From: a virus
Taxonomy: Duplodnaviria; Caudoviricetes
Virus record (IMG/VR): IMGVR_UViG_3300022309_000010
Location: 1-46,112 of that record
Direction: 5' to 3' (one strand)
Length of the DNA: 46,112 nucleotides
Numbering within the stretch: position 1 is the first letter of the stretch; each line of letters opens with the position of its first letter. The notes under the pieces are model-generated. The model had not been told where the DNA came from, did not search any database, and worked only from the letters and a program-made list of their open reading frames with translations. Shown here one piece after another: positions 1-8,854 of this stretch. A program made the translations under genes and the position numbers.

Positions 1-8
1 ATTAATGT

Positions 9-134
9 GCCAGTCAGCACTACCACGTTGGGGATAGCTTAGGGCCGGGGGCGTCATGGTCCGTGTACACCGGATACACTCAGGGCAAGGGCACGCCGAA
101 TGGAACTAGCACCGTTGGCACATTAATAAATCCG
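9..134. repeat. 126-bp terminal direct repeat, left copy (assembly overlap of a circular or circularly permuted genome)
   Basis: 9-134 (gccagtcagcac...aataaatccg) is identical to 45987-46112. Confidence 0.97.
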
Positions 135-1313
135 GGGGAAATGCACGCGAACGTAGTTTATTTGCGCCCGGCGATATTGGTTAACTACTCATCCGTCGCA
201 GGCATCACCGAGATAGATTCTTTTGTTGTCGAAATCGGCGCTGATAATACTAAGCAAGCGATTGATGCTGGCATCGAATCAGATACAGGCTATTTGAGAA
301 ATGTAAATTGGACCACGACAGCTAAATTTTCGATTGACCAAAATAGTGGCAACCCGATGTATGGTATCGGCTCTACTACTTGGCATCCTGTTGTGTCAAC
401 GCCGCAGCTTATGCACTGGTGGAACGCTGGCAACCCGCGAATGTTCATGGGTGATTATGTTGGTAATAAATATTTGGAATACGACCACGGCACAGGTCAA
501 TTTAACGCAGCAGGTTTAACCTTCGATGCTGGCGAGATTTATTGCGACATTATAAAAGACAAAACATATCACTACAATGGCGTGTTTGTTACAACTAACA
601 AATATATAGCAAACAATGCACTAAATGTTGGACCGAACGTATCAACATATAGCGGCGGTGTGCTGTGGTCTATTTTATCTGTCACATATTGGGATATAAC
701 AAATCAGCGTGTAGTTGATGGAGATTTAATTGCCGTTACGAATTGGGTGCTTGGCACTGGGTGGACGCATGTATCAAAGTCGCTGCAAAAAACATCTGGC
801 AACACAAATACAATATCTAACAATTCGCTTAACGTGGCAATAAAAGGATTATCTGTATACTACATCGTGCGGGTGAGATGGGGCTGCGCCATTGGCAACA
901 CTCTAACATTAAATTTATGGGGCAACACTACTGTATTCACAAACACAGTTGGGTCTAATTATGTACAAACTTTTATGGGCACAATGACGGCAGGCACTGG
1001 CGCTGGAACAGCGTTAATAATAACGCCGTCTACAAACTTTGCGGGTAAAGTTTTTCATACGCTTATATCTACATCGCTTCCCTCTCTCAGGATGACATCT
1101 GTTCCATCTTACGGCCCTGCCGGTGATTACCACTACATACACAGAACATTGACAGCCCCGGCTACATCTATGACGGGGATTGTAGATATAGCAAATATTT
1201 TAACAGATAAACCTGTGTTTGCTACAGGCACATTCTTTTTCTCGGTAGCATTTAATTCGCAAGAAGCCGATGCGTGGAATCCAGTTGACGAAGGTGGCGG
1301 ATTGTCTTCATAA
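9..1313 (+). CDS. C-terminal part of the large tail-tip/host-specificity protein that starts at 42048
   Basis: ORF 63..1313 is in frame with 42048 across the terminal repeat (position 63 = 46041); G/T/N-rich, beta-type composition. Confidence 0.85.
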   Translation, partial: ASQHYHVGDSLGPGASWSVYTGYTQGKGTPNGTSTVGTLINPGEMHANVVYLRPAILVNYSSVAGITEIDSFVVEIGADNTKQAIDAGIESDTGYLRNVNWTTTAKFSIDQNSGNPMYGIGSTTWHPVVSTPQLMHWWNAGNPRMFMGDYVGNKYLEYDHGTGQFNAAGLTFDAGEIYCDIIKDKTYHYNGVFVTTNKYIANNALNVGPNVSTYSGGVLWSILSVTYWDITNQRVVDGDLIAVTNWVLGTGWTHVSKSLQKTSGNTNTISNNSLNVAIKGLSVYYIVRVRWGCAIGNTLTLNLWGNTTVFTNTVGSNYVQTFMGTMTAGTGAGTALIITPSTNFAGKVFHTLISTSLPSLRMTSVPSYGPAGDYHYIHRTLTAPATSMTGIVDIANILTDKPVFATGTFFFSVAFNSQEADAWNPVDEGGGLSS

Positions 1314-1328
1314 TCTTGCCATAACAAA

Positions 1329-1356
1329 TTGAAATAGTAGGATTTGCATGTATACT
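1329..1356 (+). promoter_or_regulatory. possible sigma70 promoter upstream of the lysis genes
   Basis: TTGAAA-16 nt-TATACT in an intergenic gap. Confidence 0.4.
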
Positions 1357-1393
1357 AACAACAACAACCACCGCAAACTTTTATGGACGCGAT

Positions 1394-1816
1394 ATGTCAG
1401 ACAGCAACGAAGCTTTTAAGGACTATTTAAGGCTTGGAGAAAGAGTGGCTCACATGGAAATGGCACTTGTAGATTTAAAAAAAGTGATTCGTATTGCGGA
1501 AGATTCGCATCGTGAACATTTAAAAAGTCACGATGAAGCGCAAAAAGAAATTATGTCTAACGTGTCTTTGTTTACTGTACAGATAAAAGACATGCTGTCC
1601 GACATTAAGCTAACATTGGAAAGACAGCGAGCGGAAAGTATTAAAGAGGCGGTGCGCGAGGCAATATCTAAAGCGGATGATAGATATGTGTCAAAAGAGT
1701 ATGGACACAAGACGGACCTTAAAGCTAACAAAGCGCTATGGGTATTCGCCGCGATTGGCTTTGCTAACATAGCGGTTATTTTTTTCATGAACATTTCAAA
1801 AATATTGGGGCAGTAA
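1394..1816 (+). CDS. coiled-coil protein with C-terminal transmembrane helix (holin/lysis-associated candidate)
   Basis: hydrophobic C-terminus ALWVFAAIGFANIAVIFF; directly upstream of the endolysin. Confidence 0.55.
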   Translation: MSDSNEAFKDYLRLGERVAHMEMALVDLKKVIRIAEDSHREHLKSHDEAQKEIMSNVSLFTVQIKDMLSDIKLTLERQRAESIKEAVREAISKADDRYVSKEYGHKTDLKANKALWVFAAIGFANIAVIFFMNISKILGQ

Positions 1817-1823
1817 AAGCATT

Positions 1824-2378
1824 ATGAGTAAATTCAGCAAAGAAATTTTAGAGAAAACGCTATCGAAAGAAGGCGGGTATACACTTTCAAATCATAAAAA
1901 TGATCGAGGCGGGTTAACCTTCGCCGGTATCTCACAAAAGATGCACCCAACCTGGTTTGGATGGTCGGCAATAAATGGGCAGTTAGAAAAAAACAAAGAC
2001 GCGGATATTCTTGTAACCAATGAAATTCAGGAGCTAGTGGAAGTTTTTTACCGTACAGAATTTTGGGACCGTGGCGCGCACAAAATAAAAAACTCAGAAC
2101 TTGCTGAGATTCTTTTCGACATATCTGTTAATATTGGATGGCGACAAGCTAACAAGATTCTGCAACGCTCAGCGAATAAAGCAAGCAATTGTCATATCGT
2201 AGTTGACGGCGTGCTTGGCCCGTTGTCGCTAACGTGTATTTCAATGTGCAATCAGGATGAATTGAAAATGACATTCTTACTTGAAACTATCGCGCACTAT
2301 TCAAAGATTGTTGAGAACGATCAAACTCAATCCGTGTTTTTGCGCGGGTGGGTGAACAGGGCTTTGTCACATGCCTAA
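1824..2378 (+). CDS. endolysin, glycoside hydrolase family 108 with C-terminal peptidoglycan-binding domain
   Basis: EGGY...D.GG.T..GI motif; VDGVLGP and FLRGWVNRA at the C-terminus. Confidence 0.9.
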   Translation: MSKFSKEILEKTLSKEGGYTLSNHKNDRGGLTFAGISQKMHPTWFGWSAINGQLEKNKDADILVTNEIQELVEVFYRTEFWDRGAHKIKNSELAEILFDISVNIGWRQANKILQRSANKASNCHIVVDGVLGPLSLTCISMCNQDELKMTFLLETIAHYSKIVENDQTQSVFLRGWVNRALSHA

Positions 2379-2742
2379 ACGCGCCTACTTGTGCAAACTT
2401 GAGCTAACGCCGCTACCTTATCAATCGTGGCGCGCTGCTATTACAAGCGAAGTTCTTGCGCAAGGAAACGGCGTTGAAATTTATCCAAATTGGGCGAACG
2501 AGCCAAATACAAGTCGAGGCTATCACGCCATATGCTTGGTCGATTCGCTATCGCCGATGACTCTAACAGATATTTACGACTTGAATATCCAAGCTGAAAA
2601 TATTAGCGATTGCATTACGCAAATTAATGCGCGCTCGGTTACATTGCCAAGCCAAGCGCAACAAGCATTATCAAACGCCGGGTTTAACGTGCAATCGTCT
2701 TTATCTGCAACACTATCACCGGTAATAAATCATTATGTCTGA
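2371..2742 (+). CDS. hypothetical protein
   Basis: 123-aa ORF overlapping its neighbours in the operon. Confidence 0.7.
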   Translation: MPKRAYLCKLELTPLPYQSWRAAITSEVLAQGNGVEIYPNWANEPNTSRGYHAICLVDSLSPMTLTDIYDLNIQAENISDCITQINARSVTLPSQAQQALSNAGFNVQSSLSATLSPVINHYV

Positions 2743-3379
2743 TAATTTTGATAGTGGATACAGTCGCGTAATTTGGAATACCTTTGGTGATACCGGTTCA
2801 GGATCTATCCAAGAAGCCGGTGGGAATCTTGAGACAACTATCATCAGCCCCGGCGGATGGAAGAGTGTTGGCCTAGTGACTAAGAGCGCTATTGGATTTA
2901 ATCCTGGTGCAGATGTTTATGCGGGTGTTGTAAAAAACACAGCACGTTATGCGATTTTACAAGTCGCTACCGTTGCGGTAACAAGCTCTGGTGATCCGTA
3001 CACGCTGAATGAATGGGTTCGCATTGTTCGAGGGGCAGGGTCAACTTGGGATGCGCAATATAAAACCGCTGGCGCTTCGCCCGTTACCGTTGCATCCGCT
3101 GGCATGGGCGCTTTGCCAATGTCGTTTGGTATCACGTTTCCAAGTTCGGGCAATCAAGTTCGCTACATCATCAACGGTGCGGAAGTGGCTTCGCTTGCGA
3201 CCTATCCGCTGACGTCAAGAAATTTATACATTCATTTATTTGGCAACTCTGATACATCCGCTGAAAATGATTTTAGTTATTCGACGTGGGTGGAAGTTGG
3301 GGCAAGTAGCGGCAGAATTATGGGCGGCCTTGTTGGCGCTGGTGGATTAGTTGGTTTCGGTGGAGGATTAGTTAGATGA
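2735..3379 (+). CDS. beta-rich, possibly lectin/concanavalin-like virion accessory protein
   Basis: beta-sandwich-like composition (VRYIINGAEVAS); Gly-rich tail. Confidence 0.5.
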   Translation: MSDNFDSGYSRVIWNTFGDTGSGSIQEAGGNLETTIISPGGWKSVGLVTKSAIGFNPGADVYAGVVKNTARYAILQVATVAVTSSGDPYTLNEWVRIVRGAGSTWDAQYKTAGASPVTVASAGMGALPMSFGITFPSSGNQVRYIINGAEVASLATYPLTSRNLYIHLFGNSDTSAENDFSYSTWVEVGASSGRIMGGLVGAGGLVGFGGGLVR

Positions 3380-5415
3380 GAGACATTATTTTAGGATCGA
3401 CGCAATATTTTAAATTTACGTCTCGATCATTTTCAACCGGCGCGCCAACAACATTATCAGGAACGCCGGTAATTTCTGTTTATGAAGAAAATAATTTAAC
3501 GCAAATCACGGCAGGCATTACGCTCACCGTTGACTATGACGCGGTGACAGGATTAAACGATGTGGCAGTTGTTGCGACCGCTGGAAACGGGTACGAAACT
3601 GGAAAAACATATCATTTAGTAATCACTACTGGAACAGTTGGCGGCGTTTCAGTTGTTGGCGAAGTGGTTGGAGAATTTTCTATCGAAGAAAGCGCAGCGT
3701 ATGGAATTGTAAATCACCCATCATATGGTAACGCGCAATTGGTTCGATCAGCTACGCCAGCAAACACATTAAAAGTCGATGTTAATAACAGGGCAGAATC
3801 TTTGCTCGGCGCTACAACACACACAGGGGCAGTAGTGCCTATCGTTTCCACCGTTACCGATGGCGCTAAATCAGCGACGGCATTAAGCAACGCAACATGG
3901 ACTGATGCAAAAGCGGCGCTTGTAGATGCTGCAATTTCTGGACGGCCAACACTTGCGCAAGTTGAAGCGTCTACGATATTAGCAAAAGAGGCTACCGTTG
4001 CAGCAAGAGCAACACAAGCAAGCGTCGATGGCAAGCCGACATTGGCACAGATTGAAGGATCTCTTGTGCTTGCGAAAGAAGCAACCGTTAGTTCACGCGC
4101 AAGTCAAACGAGCGTCGATGGCAAACCTACGCTAGCGCAAATCGAAGCAACGACCGTCTTGGCAAAAGAAACAACACTAACAAACAGAACATTGTTAGCC
4201 GTAAATTATTTTGACCCCGCGACCGATCCAGTACTTGTCGCGGAATCTTCGCAAGATTCTATTGTTGACAAATTGTGCGACGAAGCTATAAATCCAGCAG
4301 CTCACAACGTGCCAAACTCTTTGGCCCGCGTTGTATGGCAAAGCAAGGCCGCTGGTTCTTATTCATCTTTTATATGGGTTGATACGCTAACAGGGTCATC
4401 TGGCACAACGGCGGGCGAGAACGGAACAGAAAATAACCCTGTCAGCTTGTGGGCCGATGCTCTAACTCTAAATGCAGATCCAGAAACACCTAAAAATAGA
4501 TTCCATATTTCAGACGGCAGCAGCATTGCGTTAACGTCTGGAATCTCAAACTATGACATCGAAGGCGAGGCATGGTCGCTAGCATTAGGCGGACAATCAA
4601 TCAACGGCGCATACATAAAAGGCGCGACGGTTAGCGGCATTGGCACCGTTACAACAACGCCAGCAAATTTTGACCACTGCATTTTTTCATCGTGCACGAT
4701 AGGGAATGTGCATGCTCATTCTTCCCACGTCGATGGCACGATCAGCCTAGCCAACACTGGGACGTACTTTTTCGGCGTTTGCCACTCTGGGCTTAATGGC
4801 GGCCTGCAGCCTGTATTTAGTTTTGGTGCAGCGGCGGCGCAAACTTTAATCTTGCGCGGCTGGAATGGATCGGCAGAACTACAAACCATGGCGATTGGAG
4901 ACAAGGCCGATATAGATGGGGTAGGAAAGCAGGTAATCATAAACGCAAATTGCACGGGCGGAACTCTCACGGTGTCGGGATCGTTTGATGTGATAGATAA
5001 TTCTGGCGGCGCGGTCACAATAATTCAGCCATCAAATAACACTACGCAAATTTCCGCAGTTAATACAAAAATAGGAACCCCATCGGCTAGCGTGTCGGGC
5101 GACATTGCGGCGGTAAAAGCGGAATCATCCTCGTTGGTAAAAGGCATCATAAAAGCAAACGCCGCCGGTAAATTCCCGATCCGCATGGCAGACATTAACG
5201 GCGATTCTATCGCTTCGCAGCCGGTGACAGTCACGCGCAAAATAGACGCAGGAACTTGGGCCGCTATTGCTGGCTCAGGCACTGTTACAGACTCCGAGGG
5301 CGTGAGCATCATTAGTTATAATGCTGCGGATGTAAACGGCACAGATACCGTCTCATTTAAAATTACGGCCATTGGTGCGCGAACTGTTTACTTACATTTT
5401 AAGTTGAGCGCGTAA
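3376..5415 (+). CDS. large T/S/G/A-rich structural accessory protein with internal repeats and a beta-helix-like region
   Basis: 679 aa; three ~30-aa repeats; GT..NP motif before a beta-rich region. Confidence 0.6.
   Translation: MRDIILGSTQYFKFTSRSFSTGAPTTLSGTPVISVYEENNLTQITAGITLTVDYDAVTGLNDVAVVATAGNGYETGKTYHLVITTGTVGGVSVVGEVVGEFSIEESAAYGIVNHPSYGNAQLVRSATPANTLKVDVNNRAESLLGATTHTGAVVPIVSTVTDGAKSATALSNATWTDAKAALVDAAISGRPTLAQVEASTILAKEATVAARATQASVDGKPTLAQIEGSLVLAKEATVSSRASQTSVDGKPTLAQIEATTVLAKETTLTNRTLLAVNYFDPATDPVLVAESSQDSIVDKLCDEAINPAAHNVPNSLARVVWQSKAAGSYSSFIWVDTLTGSSGTTAGENGTENNPVSLWADALTLNADPETPKNRFHISDGSSIALTSGISNYDIEGEAWSLALGGQSINGAYIKGATVSGIGTVTTTPANFDHCIFSSCTIGNVHAHSSHVDGTISLANTGTYFFGVCHSGLNGGLQPVFSFGAAAAQTLILRGWNGSAELQTMAIGDKADIDGVGKQVIINANCTGGTLTVSGSFDVIDNSGGAVTIIQPSNNTTQISAVNTKIGTPSASVSGDIAAVKAESSSLVKGIIKANAAGKFPIRMADINGDSIASQPVTVTRKIDAGTWAAIAGSGTVTDSEGVSIISYNAADVNGTDTVSFKITAIGARTVYLHFKLSA
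3940..4179 (+). repeat. about 2.7 copies of a 90-bp (30-aa) coding repeat
   Basis: GRPTLAQVEASTILAKEATV / GKPTLAQIEGSLVLAKEATV / GKPTLAQIEATTVLAKETTL at 3940, 4030 and 4120. Confidence 0.9.
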
Positions 5416-5419
5416 AAAA

Positions 5420-5626
5420 ATGGAAATCAGGCAAGACGCGGTTAATTTTTTCGGCAATCGGATCCCGGCGCAATACGGCGCAGTGATCGCGGCGGTTAGC
5501 ATTGTAGGCGTGGGCGTGGATCTTGTTGCGAGTAACGCCCGTGCGCACCTGGTAGCGGAAAAATATCTTGCCAACCTGGTAGCCAATGTCAATCGCGCAC
5601 ACCTAAAAGTTGAAAAAGATGTTTGA
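5420..5626 (+). CDS. small hypothetical protein
   Basis: 68-aa ORF tightly packed in the operon. Confidence 0.55.
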   Translation: MEIRQDAVNFFGNRIPAQYGAVIAAVSIVGVGVDLVASNARAHLVAEKYLANLVANVNRAHLKVEKDV

Positions 5627-5870
5627 CGACCTAACCGAAATAGACAAATTAGCGCACGGGTACGCGGGGGTGTATGCTTTCGCCGGTGCTAGGTTAACCG
5701 CTTTAGCACTCGGTGCTGATATGCAAACTGCTAACGTGATAGGCGTATCGGCGGCGTTTATCGCTGGAGCAATAAAAGAGCATCTCGACCCGTCGCCAGA
5801 TTCAGCGGTGGATACATTAGCGACGGGACTTGGTGGTGTGTTTGGTTTAACTTTGACGATGAGGTTTTAA
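5610..5870 (+). CDS. small membrane protein
   Basis: DKLAH...G...KE..D pattern with hydrophobic helices. Confidence 0.6.
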   Translation: MKKMFDDLTEIDKLAHGYAGVYAFAGARLTALALGADMQTANVIGVSAAFIAGAIKEHLDPSPDSAVDTLATGLGGVFGLTLTMRF

Positions 5871-5873
5871 ATT

Positions 5874-6083
5874 ATGCAAGACGGAAATAAAGGTGCGTTA
5901 CAATCGAGCGGAATAGTTGGCAGCTTGACGGCTATCGTGATGGGCGTGGCGACCATTGCGGGTATGCAGCTTGATGTTAACGAAGTGACTACATTCTTCA
6001 CCGCCGCTGCAACAATTGTTTCAAGCGCGGTGGCTATGTATGGCCGGTATACAGCCGACAAGAAAATTAAGGGATTGTGGTAG
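5874..6083 (+). CDS. holin-like two-TM protein
   Basis: 69 aa, two hydrophobic helices, basic C-terminus (YGRYTADKKIKGLW). Confidence 0.6.
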   Translation: MQDGNKGALQSSGIVGSLTAIVMGVATIAGMQLDVNEVTTFFTAAATIVSSAVAMYGRYTADKKIKGLW

Positions 6084-6087
6084 GAGC

Positions 6088-6111
6088 TAGGGGAGGATTC
6101 TCCCCTATTTT
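6088..6111 (+). terminator. intrinsic terminator closing the late operon
   Basis: TAGGGGAG-GATT-CTCCCCTA followed by TTTT, between convergent genes. Confidence 0.7.
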
Positions 6112-6144
6112 ACATTACGCCCCATGAAAATTAGATACATAGAG

Positions 6145-6408
6145 CTACACTATATTAATACGCCCCGTGGCGTATATCCTGATAGCCCTTGGCGCGCTTG
6201 GGGCTGTTTTAATCGTGACCCATTGTGCCGATTGCGTGCCTTCCAGGTAGCCTATATCCTCAATCGTAGCGCCGTGGGCAAAGTAGTTCGCCAGCATTTG
6301 CATGATACCAATGTCCCGGTACAGCTCAAACAATTTATCATACGCTTGGTGATCGTACAGCGCCCGGATTCTGATGTCGTGGTGTCTTGAAAAATCTAGT
6401 GCTTCCAT
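6145..6408 (-). CDS. hypothetical protein, probably with its own promoter
   Basis: ATG at 6408 with GGAG RBS; TTGCTA-16-TATAAT at 6470-6443 on the - strand. Confidence 0.6.
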   Translation of the reverse strand: MEALDFSRHHDIRIRALYDHQAYDKLFELYRDIGIMQMLANYFAHGATIEDIGYLEGTQSAQWVTIKTAPSAPRAIRIYATGRINIV

Positions 6409-6567
6409 TTTTATTACTCCCTGTTTGTTGTTCCTACCGAAGATTATATTCAAAATTTCGACAGTAGCAAGCGAAAAGTTAAGATAATTTAACTATTTTT
6501 TTATGGCTTGTCACTTTTGAGTAAATTGGGCGGCGATTTTAGGAATAAAGCACATCTTTTGCCCGGT

Positions 6568-6591
6568 TGTGCGGCCTATTTGCTGTTATGA
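6568..6591 (+). mobile_element. collapsed attC-like mini-site at the left edge of the cassette array
   Basis: TGTGCGGCCTA-TTTGCT-GTTATGA; 22 bp identical to 8565-8586; GTT at 6585. Confidence 0.6.
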
Positions 6592-6750
6592 TGCCTTGGC
6601 AATCTCCGGCAGACCGGACAGGGCATCCCAATCTTTTTGGGTAGGCTCGTTTCCTATCTGCGATATGCGCCGAGGCGACACACCCCATCTTTTCGCCAAT
6701 GCTTGCGCCGTCCATCCTTTGGCGCGTAATTGCTTCACGAAATCTGTCAT
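6586..6750 (-). CDS. small helix-turn-helix DNA-binding protein (cassette 1)
   Basis: GWTAQALAKRWGVSPRRISQIG HTH; ATGA overlap with the upstream gene; stop codon inside the cassette GTTA. Confidence 0.8.
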   Translation of the reverse strand: MTDFVKQLRAKGWTAQALAKRWGVSPRRISQIGNEPTQKDWDALSGLPEIAKAS

Positions 6751-6974
6751 TTGCCGCCCCTCCAAATACAAGGGGCATAATCAAGAGGATGCCCGCCCAT
6801 CTTTCCCGGCTTTAAGTTCCACCCGCAACGGTAAGGGTCAACCATTGTTGCCAGTTCAGATCTTAAAGCGTTACGCTGGAGGGTAAACCCGTTAAATTTT
6901 TGTCTGTATCTGCACTCCGCCTCGCACTCTGGAGGCGTTGTCGGGTCATCTTGGCATAAGGGGGTGGGCCTCAT
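6747..6974 (-). CDS. hypothetical protein (cassette 1)
   Basis: MRPTPLCQ...; ATGA overlaps at both ends. Confidence 0.55.
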   Translation of the reverse strand: MRPTPLCQDDPTTPPECEAECRYRQKFNGFTLQRNALRSELATMVDPYRCGWNLKPGKMGGHPLDYAPCIWRGGK

Positions 6975-7168
6975 GGCCGCACCTCCGCAGGCTTGTTCGC
7001 CTGAAAAACAGGGACAAAAGAAGCGGGAGTATAAACCCGCGCTTGGTTCCGCCATCCCCAGTAATCCCGAGTGCGGAAACCGAAAAGAAGAGACCCGGAG
7101 GCAGTTTTTGCCTCAACAGCGATCTCGCCGTCAGAAAAAGTGTGGTTGGTAATGTATGCGTATTTCAT
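6971..7168 (-). CDS. hypothetical protein (cassette 1)
   Basis: GAGGAG RBS; first gene after the promoter. Confidence 0.7.
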   Translation of the reverse strand: MKYAYITNHTFSDGEIAVEAKTASGSLLFGFRTRDYWGWRNQARVYTPASFVPVFQANKPAEVRP

Positions 7169-7213
7169 TTGTGGTCTCCTCGTTGGTCGGCTTAATTGCC
7201 CTTTGTTAGATAC

Positions 7214-7265
7214 AAAATAGCATTATATTTCTATTGTGTCAAGAGTTATAGTAATATATTTCTAT
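7214..7265 (-). promoter_or_regulatory. sigma70 promoter with two 18-bp near-palindromic operators
   Basis: TTGACA-17-TATTTT with TGn extension; ATAGCATTATATTTCTAT (7217-7234) and ATAGTAATATATTTCTAT (7248-7265) flank the -35. Confidence 0.7.
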
Positions 7266-7296
7266 TTATTGAATCTAACCTCCGAGGTCTCCGGCA

Positions 7297-7386
7297 TCAT
7301 AACAAGCGCATCAACGCAGACGGCGGGGATGCGCGGTGGTTTTAGCGGGGCTCATAGGCCGCCGCTGGTTATGCTTGGCGTTAGGT
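7297..7386 (+). mobile_element. integron attC site (90 bp)
   Basis: TCATAAC-5nt-CAT[C]AAC[G]CAG[A]CGGCGG...CCGCCG CTG GTT ATG-6nt-GTTAGGT; three extrahelical bases on the left arm. Confidence 0.9.
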
Positions 7387-7719
7387 GTACAATTCTCTGT
7401 GTCGTTTAAGCTCATGCTCACCATCTAACCTTGGCAACATTTCCTGAGGCTCGCTACATTCACCTTTCAGATAAACGAAACAATCAGGCCCGCAGCCGCC
7501 ACTAATGCCCACATTAAAGCATTCGCTTGTGCCTACTGGATAGTCTCCAGTGTTCGCAAGCGCATTCCCGTGCTGACGAGCCTCCTCTTCATTTGAGGGC
7601 GGCGCTTCGTGCAGTAGTTTTATAGGGTCTGCCGAGTTACGTTTTGTTGTCGAATGCCAGCGGCCATAAGCCTGCTTATTCTTTTCAATCTCTTGCTCTA
7701 TAAATTGTTTCTTGTTCAT
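7381..7719 (-). CDS. hypothetical Cys-containing protein (cassette 2)
   Basis: GGAG RBS; stop codon inside the GTTA core. Confidence 0.8.
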   Translation of the reverse strand: MNKKQFIEQEIEKNKQAYGRWHSTTKRNSADPIKLLHEAPPSNEEEARQHGNALANTGDYPVGTSECFNVGISGGCGPDCFVYLKGECSEPQEMLPRLDGEHELKRHRELYT

Positions 7720-7738
7720 ATTTCTTGCTCCGTAATAC

Positions 7739-7795
7739 CCCTAACCAATAATTCCAGCGGACTCCTAACGTCGCCGCTGAATATGGTCGTTATGC
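7739..7795 (+). mobile_element. integron attC site (57 bp, 59-base-element size)
   Basis: CCCTAAC-5nt-ATT[C]CAGCGG[A]C...G CCGCTG AAT-6nt-GTTATGC. Confidence 0.9.
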
Positions 7796-8545
7796 CGCAC
7801 TAATCCTGTCCTGTGCAATCTTAAAGTATGCTTCATCTAGTTCTATCCCGATGAAGTGGCGGTTTAGATTCTTGCAAGCTACGCCAGTGGTTCCGCTTCC
7901 CATTGTGAAATCCAGTATAGTGTCGCCTTCGTTGGTGTAGGTTTTAATCATATACTCCATTAGGGCTACAGGTTTTTGTGTTGGGTGTACGCCTCTATCG
8001 CTCTTTATACGGTTATTGAAGAACTGCACACTACTCGGGTTTCTTAACTCTCCATATTTCTTCCCGTCTCTGTTCCTATTTATCCCTCCTGTAGCTTCGC
8101 CTTTCTCGTTCTTGCTTTGAGTTACTGTGTTTGTGTAATCTGGACTGACCCCCCTTTGAGTTCCTTTCCTTTCTTGCATCACAGGGAAATAGTTGTGTTT
8201 ACGCTTACTAAAAACCAACACGCTTTCATGTTCTTTCATTGGCTGGTGCTTTAATGTTGCAAAATTGCTACCAACAGCCTTTTCCCATATCCACTCATAC
8301 TTAAACATATCCAAGCCGCTATTTACCAGCACACTCGTGAACGGCTGGCTCGCAGTCATTACAATAGCCCCGTTCGGCTTAATTATCCGCTTCAACTGAT
8401 CCCACATTGGTTCAAGAGGGATAATAGAATCCCATTTACACGCCGTTGTTCCGTAAGGCGGATCAGCTAGAATCATATCTACCGATCCACTCTCAATCTC
8501 TTTCATACGTTCAAGGCAATCGCCTTGCATTAATCTTATTGTCAT
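7790..8545 (-). CDS. orphan DNA methyltransferase, N6-adenine/N4-cytosine, beta-class motif order (cassette 3)
   Basis: DPPY precedes HPTQKP and LDFTMGSGTTG; stop codon inside the GTTA core. Confidence 0.93.
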   Translation of the reverse strand: MTIRLMQGDCLERMKEIESGSVDMILADPPYGTTACKWDSIIPLEPMWDQLKRIIKPNGAIVMTASQPFTSVLVNSGLDMFKYEWIWEKAVGSNFATLKHQPMKEHESVLVFSKRKHNYFPVMQERKGTQRGVSPDYTNTVTQSKNEKGEATGGINRNRDGKKYGELRNPSSVQFFNNRIKSDRGVHPTQKPVALMEYMIKTYTNEGDTILDFTMGSGTTGVACKNLNRHFIGIELDEAYFKIAQDRISAA

Positions 8546-8565
8546 TAATTTAACCCTCAAAGTAT

Positions 8566-8588
8566 GTGCGGCCTATTTGCTGTTATAT
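8566..8588 (+). mobile_element. collapsed attC-like mini-site
   Basis: GTGCGGCCTA (9/10 complementary to the cassette start TATGCCGCAC, 7791-7800)-TTTGCT-GTTATAT. Confidence 0.7.
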
Positions 8589-8593
8589 TTAAA

Positions 8594-8836
8594 TCAAAGC
8601 ATGTCGCAATCACAGGAATCCTGACCACAATAAAAACATATATGAGCAGGGTCTACTCCACCATCATCCTCTTTCTCAACCCAATTGATTTTGGGTTCGC
8701 TAATTGGGTCTTGCCACTCGCATTCTTTATTCAAAATCGCCGCCTTTCCTTTTCGTCTGGCCTCCTCTTCTGAGGAAGCATCTACAAAAACAGAAACATT
8801 TATCAGAAAGTCTGCATTAACTTTATATTCAGCCAC
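8594..8836 (-). CDS. hypothetical protein with C-terminal Cys cluster (cassette 4)
   Basis: GTG start with GAGGA RBS; CFYCGQDSCDC. Confidence 0.65.
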   Translation of the reverse strand: MAEYKVNADFLINVSVFVDASSEEEARRKGKAAILNKECEWQDPISEPKINWVEKEDDGGVDPAHICFYCGQDSCDCDML

Positions 8837-8854
8837 TATCTTATCCTCTGTAAA

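Noticed and set aside
1-12. The first 12 nt (ATTAATGTGCCA) are the reverse complement of 116-127, and bases 1-8 do not match the other genome end
   Set aside because: Most simply a fold-back or chimeric read end at the contig tip. It is too short to call an invertible segment or hairpin telomere, and no invertase or protelomerase is present.
9-134. Terminal repeat as a biological direct terminal repeat
   Set aside because: It falls mid-gene and far from the terminase region, and its length is typical of an assembler overlap.
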